Source: an uncultured delta proteobacterium
GTDB lineage: Bacteria > Desulfobacterota > Binatia > UBA9968
DNA: 64,000 bases
Assembly: GCA_963727625.1 (NCBI GenBank)
Contig: CAVSHR010000004.1
Span: 96,001 to 160,000, forward strand
Direction: 5' to 3'
Positions 26,495 to 35,784 of this stretch are shown in pieces. The position numbers and the translations under genes are program-made. Position 1 is the stretch's first letter. Each line of letters starts with the position of its first letter. The notes below the pieces were generated by a model. The model did not search any database, was not told the DNA's origin, and saw only the letters and a list, made by a program, of their open reading frames with translations.

Positions 26495-29416
26495 ATGGAG
26501 ATCAAGCGGAGAGATTTTTTAAAACTACTCGGAGCAGGGGGAGCCACAACTGCGATTTCCGGCTGTTCCCCTGACTTACCGGAAAAACTCATTCCATATC
26601 TTATTCCAGCGGAGGGGATCGTGCCGGGGCAAGCGACTTGGTACGCCACGGTCTGCAGGGAATGTCCAGCAGGATGTGGAATGCTCGTTAAGACCATGGA
26701 AGGACGGGCAATCAAGGTCGAAGGAAACCCGCTCCATCCGGTAAATCAAGGAAAGCTCTGTGCGCGGGGACAGGCGAGTGTTCAGGGACTATATAATCCA
26801 GACCGGATAACCCGACCCGGCAAAAGAGGAACGGACGGATCGCTTCAACCGATCGCATGGAAAGACGCGGAAGCGGTTCTTGCCGGTCAAATTTCGGAGC
26901 TTAAGGGATCTGGAAAACGCATCGCTTTTGTTACTCCGCTTCTAACCGGAAGCCAGGATCACCTTGTGGAATTATGGCTCAAGGCCGTAGGGGGCGGGCC
27001 GCGTCTTCGTTATGAAGCGGTTAGTTATGAGTCATTGCGGGAGGCGAATCGTCTCGCATTCGGTGCGGCCGAGATTCCTTATTACGACCTCGAGCAGGCC
27101 CGCTTGATGCTCTCCTTTGGCGCGGACTTTCTAGAGACTTGGCTCTCGCCTGTGGAGTTCGCCCGGCAATTCGCCTCCATGCGTACTTACCGGGACGCTC
27201 GGCTTGCTCGTTTCGCATATATCGGACCTCGACTTTCGCTTACCGCGGCTAACAGCGACGAGTGGATTGCCATTCGACCTGGAACGGAGGTTTTTCTTGC
27301 CCTGAGCATGGTTCAGGTTATTCTCGCCGAGGGTTTGGCGATAGCTCTGCCGCAGTCAGAAACCCAAGAGCTTCACGGCTACGTGGCTGATTTTACTCCT
27401 GAGCGGATGGCTGAAAAATGCGGAATCTCGTCCGACAAAATTCGCGTTCTTGCTCGGGCTTTCGCCCGTGAGAGGCCGAGCTTGGCCATTGCCGATGGCA
27501 AGAGTTCCAACGGGACCGATACCTGCCTTGCGGTTAACCTCCTAAATTACATTGTTGGCAACGTCGGGAGTACAGTCCGCTTCGGAGCCAACGGAGCTGC
27601 CGGCCAAGTTTCATCGTACGAAGATTTTCTTAAGCTCATCGACGAGATTGAACGCGGGGAAATTGCCGTTTTACTTTTAGCCGGCGTCAATCCTCTGTTC
27701 AGCCTGCCGGATGCGAAGCGTTTCCAGGAGGCGCTAAAAAAGGTTTCTTTGATTGCAAGCTTTTCGAGTTTTCCCGATGAAATCGCCGCGGTGTCACACT
27801 TAGTTCTGCCTGACCATACATTTCTGGAAAGTTGGGGCGACTACGAGCCTTGGGAAGGCGTCCGCGGTCTGCAGCAGCCCGCGATGATGCCGCTATACGA
27901 TACCAAAAATCTTGGCGATGTGCTGCTTTCAGTGGCGAGTCGGATGGGGTTGCAAAAAACTCTGCCATGGGAGAATTTTTATAGTTATTTGAGAGACGAG
28001 TGGCAAAAGATTTACCGGGATCAAAACGCGCAAGGGGATTTTGAAACCTTTTGGACTCGGACGCTTCAGCAGGGAGGGGTTTTTCAATCTCCACCCTCAC
28101 GCGCCGTCCGATTGAATACCGAGGCGATTAAGCGCCGATATGAACCATCGGCTTTTGCGGGTCGTGAAGATGATTTGACGTTGATCCCCTATCCTTCGGC
28201 GAACTTTTATGATGGCCGCATGGCCAATCGCCCCTGGTTGCAGCAACTCCCGGACGCTCTGACGCAAATCGCCTGGGATAGCTGGGTGGATATAAATCCT
28301 CGAGACGCCGAACGTCTCGGCGTGAACGAGGCGGACATGCTTGTTCTTCAGTCTCCTTCGGGCCGGATCCAGGTGCCGGCCCATGTAACAGGCGGTGTTC
28401 GCGCTGGTGCCGTAGCCGTTCCTGTTGGCCAGGGACATACCGAGTTTGGCCGCTACGCCGCGGGTCGAGGAGCCAATCCGATTGCGCTTTTGCAAAGCGC
28501 GCCTGAGAAAGCTTCGGGCGGGCTGGTTTGGCTCGGCACTCGGGTAATTGTGACGCGAAGCGGAGAACGCTATCCTTTAGCCGCCACGATTGGAAGTGAT
28601 CGCCCCAACGAGCGGAGCATCACGCAGACAATATCCTTAGGCGCTCTGCAACGGCAATCCGAGCCAAAGCCCAAACCCGAGCTGCTGGCTATGTATCCCG
28701 ACCACCCGCATCCGAAACACCGGTGGGGGATGGTCATCGATCTGAACGCCTGTATCGGCTGTGGAGCTTGCATGGCGGCATGCAGTGCCGAAAATAATAT
28801 TGCGATCGTGGAAAAGGATCAGGTGGGTAAAGGACGCGAGATGTCGTGGATACGGATCGAGCGATTCGACGAAGGGGAAACTGACCGTCCGGATCAACAC
28901 TTCATTCCGATGCTCTGTCAGCACTGTGACAATGCCCCATGTGAGCCGGTCTGTCCCGTTTACGCGACCTATCACAATCCGGAAGGGCTTAACGTCCAGG
29001 TGTACAACCGCTGTGTGGGCACGCGGTATTGCTCCAACAATTGTCCTTATAAGGTACGGCGTTTCAATTGGTCCACGGCGAAATGGCCGGAGCCGCTGAA
29101 CCTGCAACTCAATCCGGATGTGACCGTTCGAGAGATGGGGGTCATGGAAAAGTGCAGCTTCTGCGTCCAGCGAATCCGAGTTGGAGAGTTGGCGGCTAAA
29201 GAAGCCGATCGGCAGGTCCGTGACGGAGAGATCGTTCCGGCGTGTGCTCAGACCTGCCCGACGCGCGCGATAGTTTTCGGGGATCTAGATGATCGCGAGA
29301 GTGAGGTGGCAAAACTCGCCAAGGATCCGAGAGGCTATCATGTGCTGGAGGAACTTAATACCAAGCCTGCCGTGACCTACTTAAAGAAAATAAAGCCCGG
29401 GCCGCTGGAAGGATAG
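26495..29416 (+). CDS. actB: ACIII subunit B: molybdopterin-oxidoreductase-like domain fused to Fe-S domain
   Basis: Tat KRRDFLK; CRECPAGC...KLCARG; CIGCGACMAAC, CQHCDNAPCEPVC, CVGTRYCSNNC, CSFC..CAQTC. Confidence 0.9.
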   Translation: MEIKRRDFLKLLGAGGATTAISGCSPDLPEKLIPYLIPAEGIVPGQATWYATVCRECPAGCGMLVKTMEGRAIKVEGNPLHPVNQGKLCARGQASVQGLYNPDRITRPGKRGTDGSLQPIAWKDAEAVLAGQISELKGSGKRIAFVTPLLTGSQDHLVELWLKAVGGGPRLRYEAVSYESLREANRLAFGAAEIPYYDLEQARLMLSFGADFLETWLSPVEFARQFASMRTYRDARLARFAYIGPRLSLTAANSDEWIAIRPGTEVFLALSMVQVILAEGLAIALPQSETQELHGYVADFTPERMAEKCGISSDKIRVLARAFARERPSLAIADGKSSNGTDTCLAVNLLNYIVGNVGSTVRFGANGAAGQVSSYEDFLKLIDEIERGEIAVLLLAGVNPLFSLPDAKRFQEALKKVSLIASFSSFPDEIAAVSHLVLPDHTFLESWGDYEPWEGVRGLQQPAMMPLYDTKNLGDVLLSVASRMGLQKTLPWENFYSYLRDEWQKIYRDQNAQGDFETFWTRTLQQGGVFQSPPSRAVRLNTEAIKRRYEPSAFAGREDDLTLIPYPSANFYDGRMANRPWLQQLPDALTQIAWDSWVDINPRDAERLGVNEADMLVLQSPSGRIQVPAHVTGGVRAGAVAVPVGQGHTEFGRYAAGRGANPIALLQSAPEKASGGLVWLGTRVIVTRSGERYPLAATIGSDRPNERSITQTISLGALQRQSEPKPKPELLAMYPDHPHPKHRWGMVIDLNACIGCGACMAACSAENNIAIVEKDQVGKGREMSWIRIERFDEGETDRPDQHFIPMLCQHCDNAPCEPVCPVYATYHNPEGLNVQVYNRCVGTRYCSNNCPYKVRRFNWSTAKWPEPLNLQLNPDVTVREMGVMEKCSFCVQRIRVGELAAKEADRQVRDGEIVPACAQTCPTRAIVFGDLDDRESEVAKLAKDPRGYHVLEELNTKPAVTYLKKIKPGPLEG

Positions 29417-30742
29417 ATGTCTCAGCTGAGCTATACTCAAGTCGATCACGACATTCTTTCGGCCATGAAAGCGCCGGGGCGGGGCTATTATTTGCTTTTG
29501 TTGGCGGACGTTTTGGTTTTGGCGTGGGGGATTTATGCCTGGCGCTACCAGATCGTTAACGGACTAGGCGTCTCGGGTCTTACGCATCCCGTCATGTGGG
29601 CTATTTACATCACCAATTTTGTCTTTTGGGTCGGAATCGCCCATTCGGGAACGCTTATCTCGGCGATACTTTACCTGTTTAGAGTTCGCTGGCGGGCGGG
29701 TATTTATCGCACCGCGGAAGCGGTTACCGTTTTCGCTCTTTTCACTGCCGGTCTTTTCCCGATTATTCATTTGGGTCGTCCGTGGTTTTTTTACTGGCTT
29801 CTCCCTTATCCTCAAGTCGGGGGATTGTGGGTTAATTTTCGCTCTCCCTTGGTGTGGGACGTTTTTGCCGTGATGACCTACATGATTATCAGCATGCTTT
29901 TCTTTTTCACCGGTCTGGTACCCGACATGGCCGTAGTTAGAAATCGCACTTCGGGTTGGCGCCATAAGATCTACGCCTTCCTGGCTCAGGGATGGCAGGG
30001 GACCGACAGGCAGTGGCGTCACTACAAGGCTGCTTATCTTTTTTTAGCCGCGCTTGCCACTCCGCTGGTTATCTCGGTTCACAGCGTGGTTTCCTGGGAC
30101 TTCGCTCAGACTATCGTTCCCGGGTGGCACAGCACCATTTTTGCTCCTTACTTTGTGGCGGGTGCCATCCATTCGGGGTTGGCCATGGTCATCACGCTGC
30201 TGATCCCGTTAAGAAAAGCGTTCCGGCTCGATGCCTATCTAACTCAGGGACACCTTGAATATCTGGCGAAGCTCATTATCCTCACCGGCCTGATCGTAGG
30301 TTACTCCTACATGGTAGAAACCTACATTGCTTGGTACAGCAACAACATCCCCGAATGGCAACGCTTCACCTTTCAGATCACAGGGGAGTATGCCATTCCT
30401 TTCTGGATCATGATTCTCTTTAATTCGCTCGTGCCGCTCCTCTTTTTTATCAAGCCCATACGGACGAGCACCCCTTGGCTCTTTGGCATTGCCATCCTGA
30501 TCAACATCGGAATGTGGACGGAACGTTTTGTCATCATCGTTACCTCGCTCGCCCACGAGTATGACCCGTACTCCTGGGGACTTTATCTCCCCACTTGGGT
30601 GGATATCAGCATCACGGCCGGCAGCTTTGCTTGGTTCTTTTTCTGGATTCTTCTGTTTGCAAAGTTTTTGCCGGTGGTTTGTATCGTGGAGGTTAAGGAA
30701 GAGTTGCCGCCACCAGTCATGGCTCAAGGAGAAGTGACATAA
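29417..30742 (+). CDS. actC: ACIII subunit C (NrfD/PsrC-family quinol-binding)
   Basis: ITNFVFWVGIAHSGTLISAIL, HLGRPW, SPLVWDV, SVHSVVSWDF, GWHSTIFAPYFV. Confidence 0.92.
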   Translation: MSQLSYTQVDHDILSAMKAPGRGYYLLLLADVLVLAWGIYAWRYQIVNGLGVSGLTHPVMWAIYITNFVFWVGIAHSGTLISAILYLFRVRWRAGIYRTAEAVTVFALFTAGLFPIIHLGRPWFFYWLLPYPQVGGLWVNFRSPLVWDVFAVMTYMIISMLFFFTGLVPDMAVVRNRTSGWRHKIYAFLAQGWQGTDRQWRHYKAAYLFLAALATPLVISVHSVVSWDFAQTIVPGWHSTIFAPYFVAGAIHSGLAMVITLLIPLRKAFRLDAYLTQGHLEYLAKLIILTGLIVGYSYMVETYIAWYSNNIPEWQRFTFQITGEYAIPFWIMILFNSLVPLLFFIKPIRTSTPWLFGIAILINIGMWTERFVIIVTSLAHEYDPYSWGLYLPTWVDISITAGSFAWFFFWILLFAKFLPVVCIVEVKEELPPPVMAQGEVT

Positions 30743-30743
30743 C

Positions 30744-31262
30744 ATGGCAGGACCACATTCGGGTTTGGTGGGAAGCTTTCGTCATCTCGATAGCCTGCTC
30801 CATGCTGTCGAGACCTTAAAGAAAACGGGCTACCGGGAATTGCAAGCTCTGTCTCCAATCCCCCATCATTCCATAGATGAGGCGCTTGAGAAGCCAACCA
30901 GTCCGGTGCGTTTGTTTACGCTCATTGGCTGTCTGCTCGGAAGCGTCACCGGGTTTGTCCTGACTATCGCGACCTCATTGCACTACCCTCTGATCACCGG
31001 GGGAAAACCTATCGTTTCCATTCCCCCTTTTCTTATCATTGTCTTTGAGCTCACAATTCTCTTTGGCGGACTCCTAACGCTGGCTGGGATGCTTTGGAAT
31101 GCCCGTCTGCCGCGGGTTCACATCGTTCCAGCTTACAATCCCCGCTTTTCCGAAGACCGCTTCGGTCTTTGGGTCCCATGCGACGAAAATAAATTTGACG
31201 AAGTAACCCGACTACTGCAGAGCGCCGGCGCTGAACAGGTTACTTCAGCGAGCAGATCATAA
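30744..31262 (+). CDS. actD: ACIII subunit D (DUF3341)
   Basis: SPIPHH, GGKP, FELTILFG, RFSEDRFGL. Confidence 0.88.
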   Translation: MAGPHSGLVGSFRHLDSLLHAVETLKKTGYRELQALSPIPHHSIDEALEKPTSPVRLFTLIGCLLGSVTGFVLTIATSLHYPLITGGKPIVSIPPFLIIVFELTILFGGLLTLAGMLWNARLPRVHIVPAYNPRFSEDRFGLWVPCDENKFDEVTRLLQSAGAEQVTSASRS

Positions 31263-31283
31263 AGCGGCGGACCGGTCATTACC

Positions 31284-32576
31284 GTGGAAGAAAACTCACT
31301 GCACGAAGATTGGCAAAAGAACTGGCTACTTCGACCGAGTATTCCGCGAAGCTTGGTTTGGATATTCGGCATATTAGTCGGCTTTGGCGTGGTCGCATTC
31401 GTGACCGGCCTTCTGTTGGACCCGATACGAAGCTGGCAAAGCTATTTGATCAACTTCTTGTTTTGGAGCGGCCTCGCTCAGGGTGGAGTAGTGTTTGCCG
31501 CAATTTACCATGTAGTCGGAGCGAAATGGGGATCAACGGTCCGGCGCCTGGCCGAGGGAATGGCGACATTTTTACCGGTAAGCTTTGTTCTTTTCCTGCC
31601 TTTATTTTTCGGCGTGAGAATGTTTTTTGGTCACCTCCGTGAAGTCAATCCGAACCGTGGAGCCTGGTTTGACCCGCGGTTCATTTTCGTAAGGGGCGCG
31701 CTGGGCCTAGGGTTGATGACAGTTCTGAGCCTATTTTTTGTCTACTATTCTCTCCGTCCTGAAGTCGGTTTTGCCCAGGAGCGCAAACTTGGGCAAAATA
31801 GCTGGCTCTACAGCTGGATGACTGAGGGATGGAAAGGCGTAGGGGCAGAGACACGGCATGGCGAAGTAGGGATGAATTTCCTCGCGGCGGGAGTCCTTCT
31901 GGCTTACCCAATGATCTATACGTTTATGGCGTTTGATCTAATCATGGCGCTAGATCCGTTCTGGTACAGCTCTTTATTCGGCGGTTATTTCTTTATCAGC
32001 ACCTTCTATTTAGGTCTGGCTGGCATCGCCGTTATCGCTGTACTCATCCGTTGGGATTTAGGGAATTCAGTGATCACAAATGCTCAGCTCCAGGATCTCG
32101 GAAAGCTCCTTCTCGGGTTCAACTTGACCTATGTAGCCATGGTCTGGGCTCAATACATTGTAATCTGGTATGGCAATCTACCGGAAGAAACCCAATTCAT
32201 CATTCTTCGGGTTTGGGAAATGCCGTGGGCGCCTCTCTCGTGGGCGGTGCTGGTTATGAGTGTGCTGATTCCGTTTTTGGTTTTTTTAAGCCAGCGGGCA
32301 AAGCAGGTGCCATGGGTCATATTTCTGGTAGGCATACTGATTCTCGCGGGGTTGTGGCTGGAGCGGTATGTGCTGGTCGTGCCCTCCTTGTGGAAACGAG
32401 GAGGCGCTCCCTTTGGTTGGATCGAAGTGGGAATAACCTTGGGATTTTTGGGTGGCGTCGGGTTGAGCTTTGTTTTCTTTTTGCAAAACTTTCCAGTTGT
32501 CCCATTCCATCGACCCTTATTTCTTTCTGAATCCGAACAAGAAAATAAGGTTGTTGAGAATCCTTCCGGAGCATAA
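31284..32576 (+). CDS. actF: ACIII subunit F (NrfD-like)
   Basis: D..MALDPFWYSSLFG, DLGKLL, QYIVIWYGNLPEE. Confidence 0.88.
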   Translation: MEENSLHEDWQKNWLLRPSIPRSLVWIFGILVGFGVVAFVTGLLLDPIRSWQSYLINFLFWSGLAQGGVVFAAIYHVVGAKWGSTVRRLAEGMATFLPVSFVLFLPLFFGVRMFFGHLREVNPNRGAWFDPRFIFVRGALGLGLMTVLSLFFVYYSLRPEVGFAQERKLGQNSWLYSWMTEGWKGVGAETRHGEVGMNFLAAGVLLAYPMIYTFMAFDLIMALDPFWYSSLFGGYFFISTFYLGLAGIAVIAVLIRWDLGNSVITNAQLQDLGKLLLGFNLTYVAMVWAQYIVIWYGNLPEETQFIILRVWEMPWAPLSWAVLVMSVLIPFLVFLSQRAKQVPWVIFLVGILILAGLWLERYVLVVPSLWKRGGAPFGWIEVGITLGFLGGVGLSFVFFLQNFPVVPFHRPLFLSESEQENKVVENPSGA

Positions 32577-32580
32577 AATC

Positions 32581-33156
32581 ATGCATTCCCGCCAAACCGA
32601 TATTGCAGACGGATCGGTATCGCGACGCCGCGGTAGCCGAAAGAATTCGAGAACTCGCACGACGAAGCACTTGGGACTGTATTTCCTGGGCGTATTAAGC
32701 CTCCTGTTCATGGAGTTTAATCTTGCCTATGGCTGGCCATGGAGCACCGACATGAGTAATCAACCGTCTGTTAGACCTCAGGAAGGGCCGCGAGTTCCGC
32801 CGATGCATTCTATCCCAACGCAGGGCAAAGAAGCGGTCATCGACCGGGTTGCGGCTGGAAAGAAATTGCAGAACCCAATAAAGGCGACAAAGACATCCAT
32901 AGAAAACGGCAAGCGTTTGTTTCAGATTTACTGCGCGTCTTGCCACGGACCCGAAGCTAAGGGAAATGGCCCGGTTGCCAAAAAATTTGTCCCTCCGCCC
33001 AACTTGACATTAGAGGTGTTTCGTAAACGGCCGGATGGATTTATCTACGAAACCATAAGAAGTGGAGGTCCGATCATGCCAAGTCAGGGGGTAGCACTTC
33101 TCCCAAAGGAACGTTGGGACATCGTCAACTATTTACGGGTTCTTCAGCAACGATAA
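32581..33156 (+). CDS. actE: ACIII subunit E-like monoheme cytochrome c
   Basis: DMSNQPS, LQNP, GKRLFQIYCASCHG, IMPS, ERWDIVNYLR; start uncertain. Confidence 0.8.
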   Translation: MHSRQTDIADGSVSRRRGSRKNSRTRTTKHLGLYFLGVLSLLFMEFNLAYGWPWSTDMSNQPSVRPQEGPRVPPMHSIPTQGKEAVIDRVAAGKKLQNPIKATKTSIENGKRLFQIYCASCHGPEAKGNGPVAKKFVPPPNLTLEVFRKRPDGFIYETIRSGGPIMPSQGVALLPKERWDIVNYLRVLQQR

Positions 33157-33567
33157 CGTGCGAAAAAGCGAAACCGCGGAATTCCACATGTAGATTGATG
33201 GTTCGCACGGTTCTTTCCGAATAGACCATAACGCTTGTGCGGGACGTAATTGCGTGATGCCAATGTCAAATATTGAATGGCAAGGCAGCACGCAGTCTAC
33301 CGACCCGGATAATTTCCGGTCCCGGGTCTGTGATACCGTGATCGATGAGTTAAAGAGGTTGGCTAATTCATTGGCGTAAGTTCGCATAGTTCAGCTCAAC
33401 GCTACTGCGGCCAGCAGCGGCGTTGCCGGGTTCTTGGGTGCTGAGATTTCCATTTTGGATGGCATGGTGTTAACGCGGATTGGAGACTTACCCATGGCAA
33501 CGCGCCTTTATTCGAACTCACCGTGGCTTTTCATTAATGCTTAGCAAGGTGCAGATCTCGATCTCAC

Positions 33568-34014
33568 TTGATATTTTGGTTCCGGTGATCGCCGGAATTG
33601 TTGTAGTCGTGCGCTATTTGTCAGCGCGCTCGAGATCGAAGCCGTCTGAAGGTACGTTGGAAAATCTCAAACGGCGCTTGGCGCGAGGAAAAATTCTAAA
33701 CGCCGGATTCTAGGAAATTAGGATGGATCTAGATTTGGAACGCGATACTGACCTACTAGCCGGCTTCGATATCCCGCGGCTTCCCGTATCGATGACTCAC
33801 GCTCCGGAAAATTGTCGAAGAATTAGAAGGCGTTCCCGAACAGCTCCGCAAAGCTCCAATGCTTTTGGCCCGGACGAAACTAGATTTCGATAGAGTTTAA
33901 CTATTTTTTCAACAGCGACGGTAACACGCGCAAGGAAGTTATAGGTATTTTGTTTGGAGGGTAGATGGCGATCTTCGAATCGTTGGCGCAAACGTTGAAA
34001 AAGTTGGCGGTAGG
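33568..34014 (+). repeat. Second copy of the 23980-24425 repeat, including a decayed SHOCT remnant (33568-33713)
   Basis: RYLSARSRSKPSEGTLENLKRRLARG then a premature TAG. Confidence 0.88.
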
Positions 34015-34183
34015 TGATCGGGTCAAGGTTACACTTCGGCCGGAATTGGGACGTTTTCCCAATCCGGTTGAAGGTCATATCACGGAAAAGGATGACGCCG
34101 GAAATTTTTTGCTGGAATCAGGTGGGAGGGATGTTAAAGTCGGCGCCGGCGAGATCCTATCCATTACTAAAATGTCGAGCTAA
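33965..34183 (+). CDS. Small hypothetical protein (possible SH3/Sm-like beta fold)
   Basis: GGAGG RBS; LAVGDRVKVTL..VEGHITE; its first 15 codons are duplicated at 24377. Confidence 0.65.
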   Translation: MAIFESLAQTLKKLAVGDRVKVTLRPELGRFPNPVEGHITEKDDAGNFLLESGGRDVKVGAGEILSITKMSS

Positions 34184-34207
34184 CTCTACGTTCAAACGTT
34201 GTCTCTC

Positions 34208-34438
34208 ATGGCTTCCTGTCAGCACGTCAATTTGGAGCTCTTGCCGATTCGAAAGCGAACCATGCGCTGCCGCCGTTGTCATTTGACCATGGATGGCGCC
34301 GAGCTCGGGGACGGCCATTGTCCCGAGTGTTTCGAAACAACAGGTGTGCGCCGCTATGATTTCGAACAGCTCGACAGCGGCGGAGACGTGGTCACCTATC
34401 GGTGCGAGGAATGCGGCGCGATCATCAAATGTTCCTAA
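34208..34438 (+). CDS. Small Cys-rich zinc-ribbon-like protein
   Basis: CQH, CRRC, CPEC, CEEC. Confidence 0.7.
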   Translation: MASCQHVNLELLPIRKRTMRCRRCHLTMDGAELGDGHCPECFETTGVRRYDFEQLDSGGDVVTYRCEECGAIIKCS

Positions 34439-34599
34439 AGCGTCGCGACCCCTTGTTCCTGTGCTGAATTGCAATTTCCAGCGCGTGGAAGCCACGCTCC
34501 GAATTCGAGATAGCCTAAAAAATACGCCGGGTTAGAAGGCTGCCGGTGTGGCTGTCAAGCAGGTAACCTTGGCTTGGGAAAGGAACTTCAGTTGCCGTT

Positions 34600-35718
34600 C
34601 TACAACCAAGCCCGGTACATCACTTCCAGGACTTGCCGGGCGACAGCGGGACCATCCATGCCTCTCGCGTGAAGCTCGGCGCAGCAAATTCGCCGGCAAA
34701 AGGCGATGACGGCTTGATTGATGATCATGGCTTTGCCATTCATTGTCGCGTGGCCCGACATACGGCCGTGGCGCAGGAAAACCGTTTCTTCGGGATGATA
34801 GATTAGATCGCAAAAGCCGGTCTGGATTGGAATCGCCTCGACCCGCCGCATAGAAACACGCTGGTTCGATTCGATGTCGCTCTGCGCCGCCTGCCGCCAG
34901 CGGTTTTCGAAATCAACTAGGCCAAACTCACCTTCGGGGAATGACGGTGGATGAGCCGGCGCTAAAGCCGAGTAGGGTTCGAGCAGCGTGGCCATGCCAT
35001 TTGCAAGCCGGCGGATACCGCCCTGGCCTTTGGTCGTGCAGTTGACGATCAGAACAGTTTCCGACGCCCGCTCGATTAAGCCTTCTTCCGTGATCGCCGC
35101 TGCCTGGCCCCCGGCTTTGCAGATTTCCTCCGCGAGTGCGATCGCGTGATCGACCGTCCGGTTGCATATAAACAATTTACCGCCCTCGATCAAGTCGGCA
35201 ACGTGGAAGCCCACGGCTCGGGCTGAACCGCCTGCGCCGAGGAGCAATACGTTGGCTGCCTTTAGCGAGGCCACGAAGGGCCGATCCTGATCCGGCTGTG
35301 GGTTAAGAATGCTTTCGATGAAACCTTCGCCGTCAGTGTTGTAGCCGATCAGTGTCCCATTCGATTCTCGAACGACGGTGTTTACCGCCCCGATGCGCAC
35401 TGCGCCGGGATCGATGTCATCGAGAAAATCCATCACCCGAACTTTATGCGGCACGGTGACGTTTGCACCCAGGAACCGGTCGGAGTCCTTGAGCGCTCCG
35501 ACGAGGTCAGCAAGCATGGTGTCACCGACGTCGAAGGCCAAATAAGTCGCATCCATCCCCAGATGAGCGAACGCGGCGTTCCACAGGGCAGGGCTTTTTG
35601 AATAATGAGACGGGGCGTCGCCGATGATTCCGGCAAAGCGGTTTTCACCGAGGGCGGTAGCCGTGATCGAATTGGATACGCACCGACGAATGGTTTCGAT
35701 GTCTTGCTGAGGTGCCAT
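34600..35718 (-). CDS. aroE: Shikimate dehydrogenase
   Basis: SKSPALWN, NVTVPHK, IGAVNT, YNTDGEGF, GAGGSA, DLIYHP.ET. Confidence 0.9.
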   Translation of the reverse strand: MAPQQDIETIRRCVSNSITATALGENRFAGIIGDAPSHYSKSPALWNAAFAHLGMDATYLAFDVGDTMLADLVGALKDSDRFLGANVTVPHKVRVMDFLDDIDPGAVRIGAVNTVVRESNGTLIGYNTDGEGFIESILNPQPDQDRPFVASLKAANVLLLGAGGSARAVGFHVADLIEGGKLFICNRTVDHAIALAEEICKAGGQAAAITEEGLIERASETVLIVNCTTKGQGGIRRLANGMATLLEPYSALAPAHPPSFPEGEFGLVDFENRWRQAAQSDIESNQRVSMRRVEAIPIQTGFCDLIYHPEETVFLRHGRMSGHATMNGKAMIINQAVIAFCRRICCAELHARGMDGPAVARQVLEVMYRAWL

Positions 35719-35784
35719 AGCCGAGTTGAATTACCGTGGCATGGCGGAAAAGATTTGGCAACTATAGAGAAAGCTTGGTACGAC

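Noticed and set aside
33160-33560. Possible gene remnant after actE
   Set aside because: Short interrupted frames with no family I can recognise.
7590-34530. Integrative element or prophage call for the accessory region
   Set aside because: No integrase, transposase, tRNA, att-like terminal repeats or phage genes were seen.
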